NCBI GenBank assembly: GCA_944376145.1
Contig: CALWBR010000027.1
Coordinates: forward strand, 1 to 54,237
Direction of reading: 5' to 3'
DNA: 54,237 bases
Source of the DNA: an uncultured Clostridia bacterium
GTDB taxonomy: Bacteria; Bacillota; Clostridia; Christensenellales; Borkfalkiaceae
Part shown: positions 10,080-18,592 of the stretch, piece after piece
Layout of the letters: each line of letters begins with the position of its first letter
Numbering within the stretch: the first letter of the stretch is position 1
Made by a program: the position numbers and the translations under genes
The notes under the pieces: generated by a model
What the model was told of the DNA's origin: nothing
The model's database searches: none
Seen by the model: only the letters and a program-made list of their open reading frames with translations

Positions 10080-11342
10080 CTATTCTTTGAATTCAAATTC
10101 CACGCCGCCGATGACGATAACATCGTTTTCGGCAACGCCGCGCTTTTTCAGCTCTTTGATGACGCCTTTGTCGCGCAGCACCTTTTGGAAATACGCCATG
10201 GAATCCGGGTCGTTCAAAACGACGTTGCGCTCCAGCATATCCACCAGCCCGCCCGTGACATACCAGACGTTTTCCTCCTCGTCCTTATCGATGAAGAACT
10301 CGTCGACGGACGGCTTTTCGTACGCGAACTCGTCCGCCGGCACGGGCTCGGCGGGCGGGAGGGTATCCAGCACCTGCAGGCAGGCGTCGACGAGCGCGCC
10401 CGTTCCTTCCCCCGTGACCGCCGTGATCGGAAAGAGGGGTGCGTCGCATTTTTTACGGAACGCTTCCAGATTTTCCGCCGCGCCGTACACATCGCACTTG
10501 TTCAGCGCCACGAGCTGCGGCAGCGCCGCGAGCTTTGCGCTGTAACGGGCAAGCTCGGCATTGATCTTGGTGTAATCCTCGAACGGGTCCCGCCCTTCGC
10601 TGCCGGAAACATCCACCACATGCACGAGCATGCGGGTGCGTTCGATGTGGCGCAAAAAGGCGTGCCCCAGCCCCGCGCCCTCCGCCGCGCCTTCGATCAG
10701 CCCCGGGATATCCGCGGCGACGAACGTCCTGTCGTAGCGGGCAACGACGCCGAGATTGGGCGAAAGGGTCGTAAAATGGTAGTTCGCGATCTTCGGGCGG
10801 GCGGCGCTGATCTTGGATAAGAGCGTGCTCTTGCCCGCATTGGGGAAACCGATCAACCCGACGTCTGCAATGACTTTGAGCTCCAAAACAAGCGTGTGCG
10901 GCGCCGTTCGCTCCCCTTTCTGCGCAAAATGCGGAGCATGGCGGCGCGCCGTAGTGAAGCGCACGTTCCCCTTTCCGCCATTGCCGCCGCGGGCAAGCAG
11001 CTTTTTTTCGCCGTCGTGGTAGACGTCGCACAAGATCTTGCCCGTCTGCTCGTCCCGCACGATGGTACCGAGGGGAACGGCAAACACAACGTCCGCCCCG
11101 CTCTTGCCGAAGCGGTTGTTCGTACCGCCGCGCTCGCCGTTTTCCGCAACGAATTTGGCGCCGAAGCGGAACTCGAACAGGTCGTTCTTGTCTTTATCGC
11201 CGACGACGTACACGTCGCCGCCCCTGCCGCCGTCGCCGCCGTCCGGTCCGCCGTTGGCAAAGCCCTTGAAGCTCTTGAAGGAGTTCATGCCGTCGCCGCC
11301 GTCGCCGGATTTGATGGTGATCTTTACTTTATCGGTGAACAC
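10080..11342 (-). CDS. obg: GTPase Obg
   Basis: GGPDGGDGGRGG, GFPNAGKST, YHFTT, DIPGLIEGA, NKCD; GTG start at 11342. Confidence 0.98.
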   Translation of the reverse strand: MFTDKVKITIKSGDGGDGMNSFKSFKGFANGGPDGGDGGRGGDVYVVGDKDKNDLFEFRFGAKFVAENGERGGTNNRFGKSGADVVFAVPLGTIVRDEQTGKILCDVYHDGEKKLLARGGNGGKGNVRFTTARRHAPHFAQKGERTAPHTLVLELKVIADVGLIGFPNAGKSTLLSKISAARPKIANYHFTTLSPNLGVVARYDRTFVAADIPGLIEGAAEGAGLGHAFLRHIERTRMLVHVVDVSGSEGRDPFEDYTKINAELARYSAKLAALPQLVALNKCDVYGAAENLEAFRKKCDAPLFPITAVTGEGTGALVDACLQVLDTLPPAEPVPADEFAYEKPSVDEFFIDKDEEENVWYVTGGLVDMLERNVVLNDPDSMAYFQKVLRDKGVIKELKKRGVAENDVIVIGGVEFEFKE

Positions 11343-11476
11343 AGGTCCTCCTTTGCCGCCGCGCGCTTGCAGCACCGCAATTTGCGTTACCTTTTTTTAT
11401 TATAGCACATTCCGCGGCAAAATTCAATTGACTTTGCCCCCCTGTGTATATTATAATATGCCTATCTTACAACCAG

Positions 11477-11550
11477 ATCCGCCGGGGGTGCTGTAAAAGG
11501 CTGAGATCATACCCTTTGAACCGGACAGGATAATCCCTGAACGGAAGGTA
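11477..11550 (+). ncRNA. TPP riboswitch
   Basis: GGGGTGC..GCTGAGA..ACCCTTTGAACC..GG.TAAT.CC..GGAA core; upstream of thiT; TTGACT..TATAAT promoter at 11428-11457. Confidence 0.88.
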
Positions 11551-11564
11551 ATCAAAGACTTGTT

Positions 11565-11595
11565 CGGCGCGCCCTGCAAAGGGCGCGCCGTTTTT
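11565..11595 (+). terminator. Riboswitch expression-platform terminator
   Basis: CGGCGCGCCCT-GCAA-AGGGCGCGCCG-TTTTT. Confidence 0.85.
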
Positions 11596-11628
11596 CAACG
11601 TCGTTTCGGCGGAAACAAAGGAGGTCTT

Positions 11629-12951
11629 ATGTTTCTCAACATGCTCGCCTCGTACGTCGGAACGCAGGAAGTGCCCGACGGCGAGGGCGGAACGACGACC
11701 CAGTATATCTATGGCGATATCTGGACGTCGTTTGCAAAGGATGCGCTCTCTGCCGTGTTCCTTTGGATCTGTGTGGCGGCGATCGTCATTTTGGTGGCGG
11801 TAGGCGTCTTCATCCGCTTTAAAAAGGCGGACTTTTTGCGCACGTACGTGAAATACGCGCTCGCCTTTTTCACGGGGCTGGCGATGGTCATCCTCGTCGT
11901 CATGCTCGCGCTCGAATTTTTCGACATGAGCGAAAGCGGCGCCGTATTCGACCTCGTGCTCATCCCCTCCGCCGTCACGGGCGGCGTGGCGATCCTCGGC
12001 ATCGCCGTGTGCTATGTGTGCTCGCTGTACTCCAAAAAGGTGTTCAAAGCCTCCCTTTGGGCGAGCCTTGCCACCCTGCTCGCCGCCGTTGTGGCGCTGT
12101 TCGTATGCCTGTGCGTGTACTTTTCCTCGGGCGACGCGGCAAACAACAACGGGGTCTCGCAGGGTTCGGTCAGCGACCTGGGGCTGTACCTGTGCACGGC
12201 GGGGCTGGTCATCGTCATTGCCCTTTTGACCGTCTTCCTCGGATGGAAGGACCGGAAAGGGTTTGACTCGCGCAGCATCGCCTATGCGGCGGTATGCATC
12301 GCCATGAGCTTTGCCCTCTCCTACATCAAACTTTGGGAGATGCCGCAGGGCGGCTCCATCACGTTGGCGAGCCTCCTGCCGCTGATGATCTATTCGTACA
12401 TGTTCGGCGTGCGCAAAGGCGTGTTCGCGGGCTTTATTTACGGATTGCTGCAAGCGATCCAAGACCCGTGGCTCATCCACCCCGCGCAATTCCTTTTGGA
12501 CTACCCCGTCGCGTTTGCGGCGATCGGCGTGGCGGGCATGTTCCGCAAAGTCGAAGCCTTCCAATTCTCCCCGCAGCTGAAATTTGCGGCGGGCGCGATC
12601 GTGGCGTCGGTGCTGCGATTTTTGGCGCACATCTTCTCGGGCGTGTTCGCGTTTTCGGAATATGCGGGCGACCAAAACCCGTGGACGTACAGCCTTGCTT
12701 ACAACTCCTTCGTCTTCATCGATATCGCCCTCGTGATCGTCATCGGTGTGGTCGTGTTCTCCTCCAAGGCATTCATGAACATCGTGGAGCGTTACAACCG
12801 CCCGGTCAAACCCGCCGCACAACCCGCCGAGGCAATGGCTGCGGCGCAGCCCGCCCCTGCCGCGGCGCCCCTGCCCGAGCAGCCCGCCGTGCAAACGGAC
12901 GCCGCTCCCGCCGCGCCCGTACAGGCAAACGACACCCAAAAACGAGAATGA
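11629..12951 (+). CDS. thiT: ECF thiamine S-component ThiT with a long hydrophobic N-terminal extension
   Basis: MPQGGSIT, HPAQFLLDYP, SGVFAFSEYA, YSLAYN; TPP riboswitch upstream. Confidence 0.9.
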   Translation: MFLNMLASYVGTQEVPDGEGGTTTQYIYGDIWTSFAKDALSAVFLWICVAAIVILVAVGVFIRFKKADFLRTYVKYALAFFTGLAMVILVVMLALEFFDMSESGAVFDLVLIPSAVTGGVAILGIAVCYVCSLYSKKVFKASLWASLATLLAAVVALFVCLCVYFSSGDAANNNGVSQGSVSDLGLYLCTAGLVIVIALLTVFLGWKDRKGFDSRSIAYAAVCIAMSFALSYIKLWEMPQGGSITLASLLPLMIYSYMFGVRKGVFAGFIYGLLQAIQDPWLIHPAQFLLDYPVAFAAIGVAGMFRKVEAFQFSPQLKFAAGAIVASVLRFLAHIFSGVFAFSEYAGDQNPWTYSLAYNSFVFIDIALVIVIGVVVFSSKAFMNIVERYNRPVKPAAQPAEAMAAAQPAPAAAPLPEQPAVQTDAAPAAPVQANDTQKRE

Positions 12952-12966
12952 CTTCAAACAACCGTT

Positions 12967-13002
12967 CAGCGCCCTGCGGCATGCCGCAGGGCGCTGTTTT
13001 TT
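12967..13002 (+). terminator. thiT terminator
   Basis: CAGCGCCCTGCGGCATGCCGCAGGGCGCTG followed by T6. Confidence 0.85.
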
Positions 13003-13049
13003 ATCCGTTTCCATGCACTGCCCCGCATACGGGGCGGCGCCGACGCTTG

Positions 13050-13087
13050 CTTGCGCCGCGGCGCATATGCGGGCACGCTCATCCGTT
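13050..13087 (+). repeat. 38-bp direct repeat, left copy (att-like)
   Basis: CTTGCGCCGCGGCGCATATGCGGGCACGCTCATCCGTT, identical to 15702-15739. Confidence 0.95.
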
Positions 13088-13192
13088 ACAGCAGAATTCC
13101 TGTTTTGCTTTTATTTATACTCTTATGAATAGGCTTTCCGTTTCCGCTTATAGTTATTTTAAACGCAGATAAACTTCTTTGTGCATTTTTTA

Positions 13193-13231
13193 AACCAAAT
13201 GGTTGACATTGCAATAGACATGTGTTATCAT
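13193..13231 (+). promoter_or_regulatory. Islet promoter with palindromic operator over the -35
   Basis: AACCAAATGGTT palindrome overlaps TTGACA-N17-TATCAT (with TGn extension). Confidence 0.75.
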
Positions 13232-13263
13232 GTTAGTACAAATCGGAGGAGATATTTTGTATT

Positions 13264-13623
13264 ATGACAGAAATAGGAAAGTTTCTTAAAAAATTACGTA
13301 TCGATCGTGGCGAAGTATTATTGACGATGGCACAAAAACTTGGAGTTACTCCCTCTTTTCTGTCTGCAGTAGAGCTCGGCAAGAAAAAAATGCCCTATGA
13401 ATGGAATTTAAAGATCCGCTCTGCTTACCGGCTAACACCTTCTCAGGAAGAGTTATTGGATGAAGCCATTTCCTCTTCAGAAAAAGCGGTCATTATTGAC
13501 TTTCAAGAAGCTACCCCTAATGCGAAAAAACTTGCAGTATCCTTTGCTCGGTCATTTAGCGAGCTAACAGATGAACAATTGGAAGCCATTAAAAAGCTGA
13601 TGCAAAACGAGGAGGATAGATGA
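13264..13623 (+). CDS. XRE-family HTH regulator
   Basis: GKFLKKLRI..MAQKLGVTPSFLSAVELGKK. Confidence 0.9.
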   Translation: MTEIGKFLKKLRIDRGEVLLTMAQKLGVTPSFLSAVELGKKKMPYEWNLKIRSAYRLTPSQEELLDEAISSSEKAVIIDFQEATPNAKKLAVSFARSFSELTDEQLEAIKKLMQNEEDR

Positions 13624-14153
13624 GCGGTATTCCGGTAAAGCCCACTTCACGCCAAGCGATCTGGACTTATGTCCGAGATATTCGACGCACCCTTGGCGTC
13701 GAGGCTAATTTGTACTTTGATATCGTTTGGTTCATAGAAAGTATCATGCCAAAATTGTTTCCCTATTTTGTGTTTGAGGTATGTACTAAAGAAGAACTTG
13801 GCGATTTACATGGCAAGACCATTCCTCGTGAAAATAAGATATGTATTCGCGAGGACGTATATATCGGAGCATGCGCTGAGAACGGACGTGACAGATTGAC
13901 TATTGCACATGAAATTGGGCACTTCTTTATGCACGACGAACACTCCATTGAGTTTTGCCAATCCGATTCCAACGGAAAAACGCCTTGCTATCGTGATTCG
14001 GATTGGCAGGCGGATGTTTTTGGAAGCGAACTACTTGCTCCCTCCTATTTAATTGATGGGATGTCGGCGAGTAAAATTCATAAAGCGTGCAAAGTTTCTA
14101 TACCGTGCGCGAAATCGCAACTGCGTGCAATTAACCGTGAAAAAGTAAAATAA
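13620..14153 (+). CDS. ImmA/IrrE-family Zn metallopeptidase
   Basis: RDRLTIAHEIGH (HExxH), WQADVFGSELLAP; ATGA overlap with the XRE gene. Confidence 0.9.
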   Translation: MSGIPVKPTSRQAIWTYVRDIRRTLGVEANLYFDIVWFIESIMPKLFPYFVFEVCTKEELGDLHGKTIPRENKICIREDVYIGACAENGRDRLTIAHEIGHFFMHDEHSIEFCQSDSNGKTPCYRDSDWQADVFGSELLAPSYLIDGMSASKIHKACKVSIPCAKSQLRAINREKVK

Positions 14154-14346
14154 CATTCTACTCCAATTTTGGGAAAATCATAAAAGAAAAGCCTTGAAGA
14201 GATCGCGGCAACGATCAAATCAAAGCCTTTCAGGAGTGTGCCATAAGCACAATACCGTTTATATTATAGCACGCTCCTGTCTTTTATGTCAACATTTTTC
14301 TTGACGGCAACCAAAGGTTGACATTATTTTACAGGAGGTGCTATTT

Positions 14347-14964
14347 ATGCACTCAAAAGAATCAAGACAAAAGCAGACTTTCTTGCGAAATGAATATCTT
14401 TGCGCAGGAAAATGGAACATACCGATCGTTAGGCGTCAGCCTCTTATGGGCGACGTAAAGCTTATCGCATGTTCCGACACAAAGACGAAAGAAGAACTTA
14501 ATCGCGATCGAGGCGTGCACTTTTTTGTAGATGACTATCGTTTTGAACATCTTTACGATAATCCGCAAAAGAGCTTGCACAAATATTCGCAATACAAGTT
14601 CCTTCTTACACCTGACTACTCTCTTTATGCCGATATGCCTCTATGGCGGCAAATAGAAAATGTCGCAAAAAACCGCTGGTGCGGCGCATATTGGCAAGCA
14701 CATGAGCTAACTGTCTATCCTACGATTAGTTGGGGACTCGCTCCCACTTATAATTTCTGCTTTGACGGTGTAGAACAGAATGCGGTTGTGGCGATAGGCA
14801 TGATAGGCTGCAAAAGGAATAATACGATCTTTATGCGCGGTTATGACGCTATGCTCGAAAGACTGAACCCTGAAACAGTCATTTGTTTCGGTACCCCGTT
14901 TGCAGAAATGCGAGGGAACATTATCTCTATAGACTATCTCTCTTCGAGAAAGGTGGTGAGATGA
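14347..14964 (+). CDS. DUF4417-like protein
   Basis: VHFFVDDYRFE, LTPDYSLYADMP..QI.N...RW.GAYWQ, PTISW, FCFDG pattern; AGGAGG RBS. Confidence 0.82.
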   Translation: MHSKESRQKQTFLRNEYLCAGKWNIPIVRRQPLMGDVKLIACSDTKTKEELNRDRGVHFFVDDYRFEHLYDNPQKSLHKYSQYKFLLTPDYSLYADMPLWRQIENVAKNRWCGAYWQAHELTVYPTISWGLAPTYNFCFDGVEQNAVVAIGMIGCKRNNTIFMRGYDAMLERLNPETVICFGTPFAEMRGNIISIDYLSSRKVVR

Positions 14965-15341
14965 TGGGCGGACGAGGAACTTTTGCCAGCGGAAATAAAG
15001 TCGAATACAGTTATGAAACAGTTGGTAAAATAGCAGACGTAAAAATATTGAAAGGCATTCGTGGCAAACACGCCTTGCCTGAAGAAGCTCATTCGAGTGC
15101 TGCTTATATCAAGCTTAAGCCCGATGGTACTTTTCATGAAATGCGGATCTACGATAAAGACCACTACCTCGTAAAAGAAATTGCCTATCACCCGGAGCAA
15201 AGCCTTACAGGGAATAGGCATGAGCAAATATTACATGTGCATGAATACGATAGAAATTTCAAAAGAACAAAGGCAAGACCTATATCAAAACAAGAATATG
15301 AGCTCTACAAAAAATATTTTAAGGGGGTGACAGAACATTGA
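14961..15341 (+). CDS. MGGRG-start basic protein, putative toxin/nuclease domain
   Basis: Coupled to DUF4417; RIYDKD..KEIAYH..LHVHEY..R..RP pattern resembles polymorphic toxin RNase domains (inference). Confidence 0.6.
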   Translation: MMGGRGTFASGNKVEYSYETVGKIADVKILKGIRGKHALPEEAHSSAAYIKLKPDGTFHEMRIYDKDHYLVKEIAYHPEQSLTGNRHEQILHVHEYDRNFKRTKARPISKQEYELYKKYFKGVTEH

Positions 15342-15637
15342 TAGGCGGAAATGTGAATGAATTTGTGGATGGACTTTACTATGGAGACGAAAGATGGTTC
15401 CTTTACAAAGGAGTTAAATATTTTATACAGGGTTGGGTAAAGAACAATAATTTTACGCTTGTTATGGATCAAATGGAACCCGATCCCCCTAACCCCACTC
15501 CCTATGTTCCACTGTGGACTATGACAAAACCATACGACAAACGTGATGAAGTCGTCGGAGCGTTTCTTACTGCTCCGCTGTGGGAAAACAAGTCGTTTTG
15601 GGATGTGGAACAGGAAATTGAATGGGTGGATTGCTGA
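15338..15637 (+). CDS. Small acidic, aromatic-rich protein, putative immunity protein
   Basis: 99 aa, TTG start overlapping the upstream stop; D/E and W/Y/F rich. Confidence 0.6.
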   Translation: MIGGNVNEFVDGLYYGDERWFLYKGVKYFIQGWVKNNNFTLVMDQMEPDPPNPTPYVPLWTMTKPYDKRDEVVGAFLTAPLWENKSFWDVEQEIEWVDC

Positions 15638-15649
15638 TAAAGCAACCCA

Positions 15650-15692
15650 AAAACGGTGTTCTGCGGCATAATATGCCGCAGAACACCGTTTT
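15650..15692. terminator. Bidirectional terminator (islet and era)
   Basis: 21-bp perfect inverted repeat AAAACGGTGTTCTGCGGCATA-A-TATGCCGCAGAACACCGTTTT. Confidence 0.85.
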
Positions 15693-15701
15693 ATTCTTTT
15701 T

Positions 15702-15739
15702 CTTGCGCCGCGGCGCATATGCGGGCACGCTCATCCGTT
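15702..15739 (+). repeat. 38-bp direct repeat, right copy, overlapping the last era codons and stop
   Basis: Identical to 13050-13087. Confidence 0.95.
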
Positions 15740-16633
15740 TTTCCGCGAAGCGTCCTCGTCGTACCCGAATTCGTGCAATAAATTTTCACGGTCGCGCCAG
15801 CCCTCTTTGACCTTTACGTACCCCGTCAAAAACACCTTGCATCCCAAAAATTTTTCCATATCCTTGCGGGCGAAGGAGAGCACTTCTTTGAGTGCCGCGC
15901 CCTGTTTGCCGATGAGGATGGCTTTGTGGTTCGGCTTTTCGCAGACGATATCGAGGGAGACTTCGCACACGCCGTCCTGCCCGTGCTCGAACTTGGTGAC
16001 CAGCACCGCAATGCCGTGCGGGATCTCCTTATCGTATTTGAGCAGGATCTTTTCACGCATGATCTCGCCGAGCATGAAGCGCTCGCTCTTGTCGGAGATC
16101 ACGTTTTCGGGGAAGAGCGGCTCCCCGTCGGGCAGCGCGCCGATGACGGCGCGGCGCAGTTTTTCGATGCCGCGCCCCTTGCGTGCCGATACGGGGAACA
16201 CGTCGCATTCCACCCCGCCCTCGTACAGCGTTTTTACGTCCTGCGGGATCTGCTCGGCAGGCATGATATCCGTCTTCGTATAGGCGATGAGCATGGGCAC
16301 GCCGACGGATGCGTAGTGCCGCATGAGCGCAAGATCCTCTTCCGAAACGCCTCTGTGCCCGTCGTGCACATACAGGATGAGCTCCACGTCTTTGGCGGCG
16401 GTCTCCGCCGTGCGCAGCATGCGCCCCGCGAGCGCGGTGCCCGCCTTATAGATCCCGGGCGTATCCGCGAACACGACCTGCGCGTCCGCCTCGTTCAAAA
16501 TGCCCAGGATGCGGTCGCGCGTGGTCTGCGGCTTGGGGGAGACGATGGCGACCTTTTCCCCCACCAATACGTTTATGAGCGTGCTTTTGCCCGCGTTCGC
16601 CCTGCCGATCACGGCAACGGTCCCTGCTTTCAT
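15731..16633 (-). CDS. era: GTPase Era
   Basis: GRANAGKST, KPQTTR, DTPG, REK..EIPH, KH domain ILIGKQG. Confidence 0.97.
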   Translation of the reverse strand: MKAGTVAVIGRANAGKSTLINVLVGEKVAIVSPKPQTTRDRILGILNEADAQVVFADTPGIYKAGTALAGRMLRTAETAAKDVELILYVHDGHRGVSEEDLALMRHYASVGVPMLIAYTKTDIMPAEQIPQDVKTLYEGGVECDVFPVSARKGRGIEKLRRAVIGALPDGEPLFPENVISDKSERFMLGEIMREKILLKYDKEIPHGIAVLVTKFEHGQDGVCEVSLDIVCEKPNHKAILIGKQGAALKEVLSFARKDMEKFLGCKVFLTGYVKVKEGWRDRENLLHEFGYDEDASRKNG

Positions 16634-17106
16634 GGCGTATCCCTCGTGATGCCCATCGCTCCCAAAACGCGCTCTTCCCGCGCGCGCATGACCGCCTTCT
16701 GCTCCTCCGTTTCGTGGTCGTACCCCAGCAAGTGGCACAGCCCGTGCACGGCAAGGTAATACAATTCGCGATGAAGCGAATGCCCGTACTCTTTCGCCTG
16801 CTCTTCGGCGCGCCTGCGGCAGATGACGATGCTCCCCAAAAACAGCCGCCCTGCCTCGTCGAGGTCATAGGGATGCTCCGCTCCGCGGATCGCCCCGCCG
16901 GAAAGTTCGACGTTCGGGTAGCTCAAAACGTCCGTCACGGCGTCCTTGCCGCGCGTGCGCTTGTTGAGTTCGCGGATGCCCTCCTCGTCCGTAAAGACGA
17001 GCTCGGCGGCAAGCGGCACGTCGCTTTCGATCCCCGTGAGCGCATGCGCCGAAAGCGGCGCGGTATCGAAATCCGCCTCTTCGCATTCCAGGAACAATTC
17101 AGCCAT
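16630..17106 (-). CDS. ybeY: rRNA maturation endoribonuclease YbeY
   Basis: TDVLSYP, HGLCHLLGYDH. Confidence 0.97.
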   Translation of the reverse strand: MAELFLECEEADFDTAPLSAHALTGIESDVPLAAELVFTDEEGIRELNKRTRGKDAVTDVLSYPNVELSGGAIRGAEHPYDLDEAGRLFLGSIVICRRRAEEQAKEYGHSLHRELYYLAVHGLCHLLGYDHETEEQKAVMRAREERVLGAMGITRDTP

Positions 17107-18592
17107 TGCTCTTCCCTCCTTCGGCGTCCTTACGCCCGAGCTTGAGCTTGGGGTAGCTGATCCGGCTGTGGTATACGCCCGTCAGACAATTCACGATCGC
17201 CTCTTTGATGGCGGTCAGATCGCGCATGGTGATGTCGCATTCATCGAACTGTTCGAGATCGACGCGCTCCTGTATGATCTCGCGGACGGCGCTCTCCACG
17301 CGCTCGGGCGTGCGGTCGGGCAGCGAACGGGAGATCGCTTCGCTCGCGTCCGCGATCATGATGATCGCGGCGATCTTAGTCTGCGGCTTGGGACCGGGAT
17401 AGGAGAAATCGTCCATGTTCACCTCGCCGTCCGTCATTTTCAGCGCCTTGGCGTAAAAATACTTGATGGGCATGGTGCCGTGGTGCTGCAGCGCCACGTC
17501 CGCCAGCACCTTGGGCAGGCGGCGGTTGCGGATGAGTTCATACCCGTCCTTGGCATGCGAACGGATGATATCCACCGAAAGCTCGGGAGAGAGCTCGTTG
17601 TGCGGGTTGTAGCCGGACTGGTTCTCGGTAAAAAACTCCGGCTGGCGGAGCTTGCCCACGTCATGGTAGTATGCCGCGGCACGGGCGAGCGCCGTATCCT
17701 CGTTGAGCGCAATGGCGCACGCTTCGGCAAGGTGCGCGACCACGATGCAGTGGTTGAAGGTGCCGAACGCCCGCTCTTTGAGTTCGCGCATCAAAGGCGC
17801 GTCATGATCGGTCAGCTCCCGCAGCCGGTAATCGGTGATGCAGTTGAAGCACACTTCGAACACGGGCAAGAGCGCCATGAAGAGCACCGCCGAACAGATG
17901 CCCGCCTCCAACCCGAACAGCATGGCATACAGCAGCTGCATCCCGCTGCCGTACTCCAAACAGGCGATCATGATCAGCAGCGGCACGCACACGGCAAACC
18001 CGGTGAGGAAGGAGCAGACCCGCGTTTTAACGCGGCTGCCCACATAGATGCCGACCATGCCCGCCGCAAAGGTCAAAAGCGGGGTGGCGGCTGCGGCGTT
18101 CGCGTTGACGTCCGTCAGCGTAAAGTTGGAAAAGTGGTCGATCGCGAACATCATGAGCGCGAAGATCACGTTCAAAAAGATCGCCGCGCGGCGGCTCAGA
18201 AGCAGCAGCGCGAGCAGCGCCAGCATCGCCACGGGACGGGAATAGACATTGAAGAAAAAGCCGAAGAAGTAGCAGACGACGATGCTCACGTCGAGCAAAA
18301 TGAAGATGAGCCAGATGCTCTTTGCCGTCTGCAGCGACTGCCTGTTCTCGAACAAAAAGTAAAAATAGATGATGACGAACAGAATAAAGATGCTGACGAG
18401 CAAGTAGACGAGGTCCGTCAGATCCTCCTGCAAATACTGCACGAACCCCTTGTTCTCCTCGCTGAGGGAATTGAGCAGGATGAACAAAAAGATGAGAGCG
18501 AACAGGAGGACGTAATTGACAAAAAACACCGTCACGCTCTTGGCAATGGTGCGCGCGTCGAATTTTTCGGGCGCGGATCGCGGCTGCTTCAT
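17099..18592 (-). CDS. 7TM-HD phosphodiesterase (PgpH-like, no extracellular domain)
   Basis: Multiple TMs, GTFNH, YYHDVGK, FTENQ, HHGT, YPGPKP, IADASEA; phoH-ybeY context. Confidence 0.9.
   Translation of the reverse strand: MKQPRSAPEKFDARTIAKSVTVFFVNYVLLFALIFLFILLNSLSEENKGFVQYLQEDLTDLVYLLVSIFILFVIIYFYFLFENRQSLQTAKSIWLIFILLDVSIVVCYFFGFFFNVYSRPVAMLALLALLLLSRRAAIFLNVIFALMMFAIDHFSNFTLTDVNANAAAATPLLTFAAGMVGIYVGSRVKTRVCSFLTGFAVCVPLLIMIACLEYGSGMQLLYAMLFGLEAGICSAVLFMALLPVFEVCFNCITDYRLRELTDHDAPLMRELKERAFGTFNHCIVVAHLAEACAIALNEDTALARAAAYYHDVGKLRQPEFFTENQSGYNPHNELSPELSVDIIRSHAKDGYELIRNRRLPKVLADVALQHHGTMPIKYFYAKALKMTDGEVNMDDFSYPGPKPQTKIAAIIMIADASEAISRSLPDRTPERVESAVREIIQERVDLEQFDECDITMRDLTAIKEAIVNCLTGVYHSRISYPKLKLGRKDAEGGKSNG

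Larger units (their letters stand above)
13088..15701 (+). mobile_element. AT-rich genomic islet inserted at the 3' end of era (no integrase)
   Basis: Sharp drop in GC content, bounded by 38-bp direct repeats, five co-oriented genes. Confidence 0.85.

Noticed and set aside
13079-13087. CTCATCCG shared by the att-like repeat and the REP-like units
   Set aside because: Match is only 8-10 bp and is explained by the era coding end; probably coincidental
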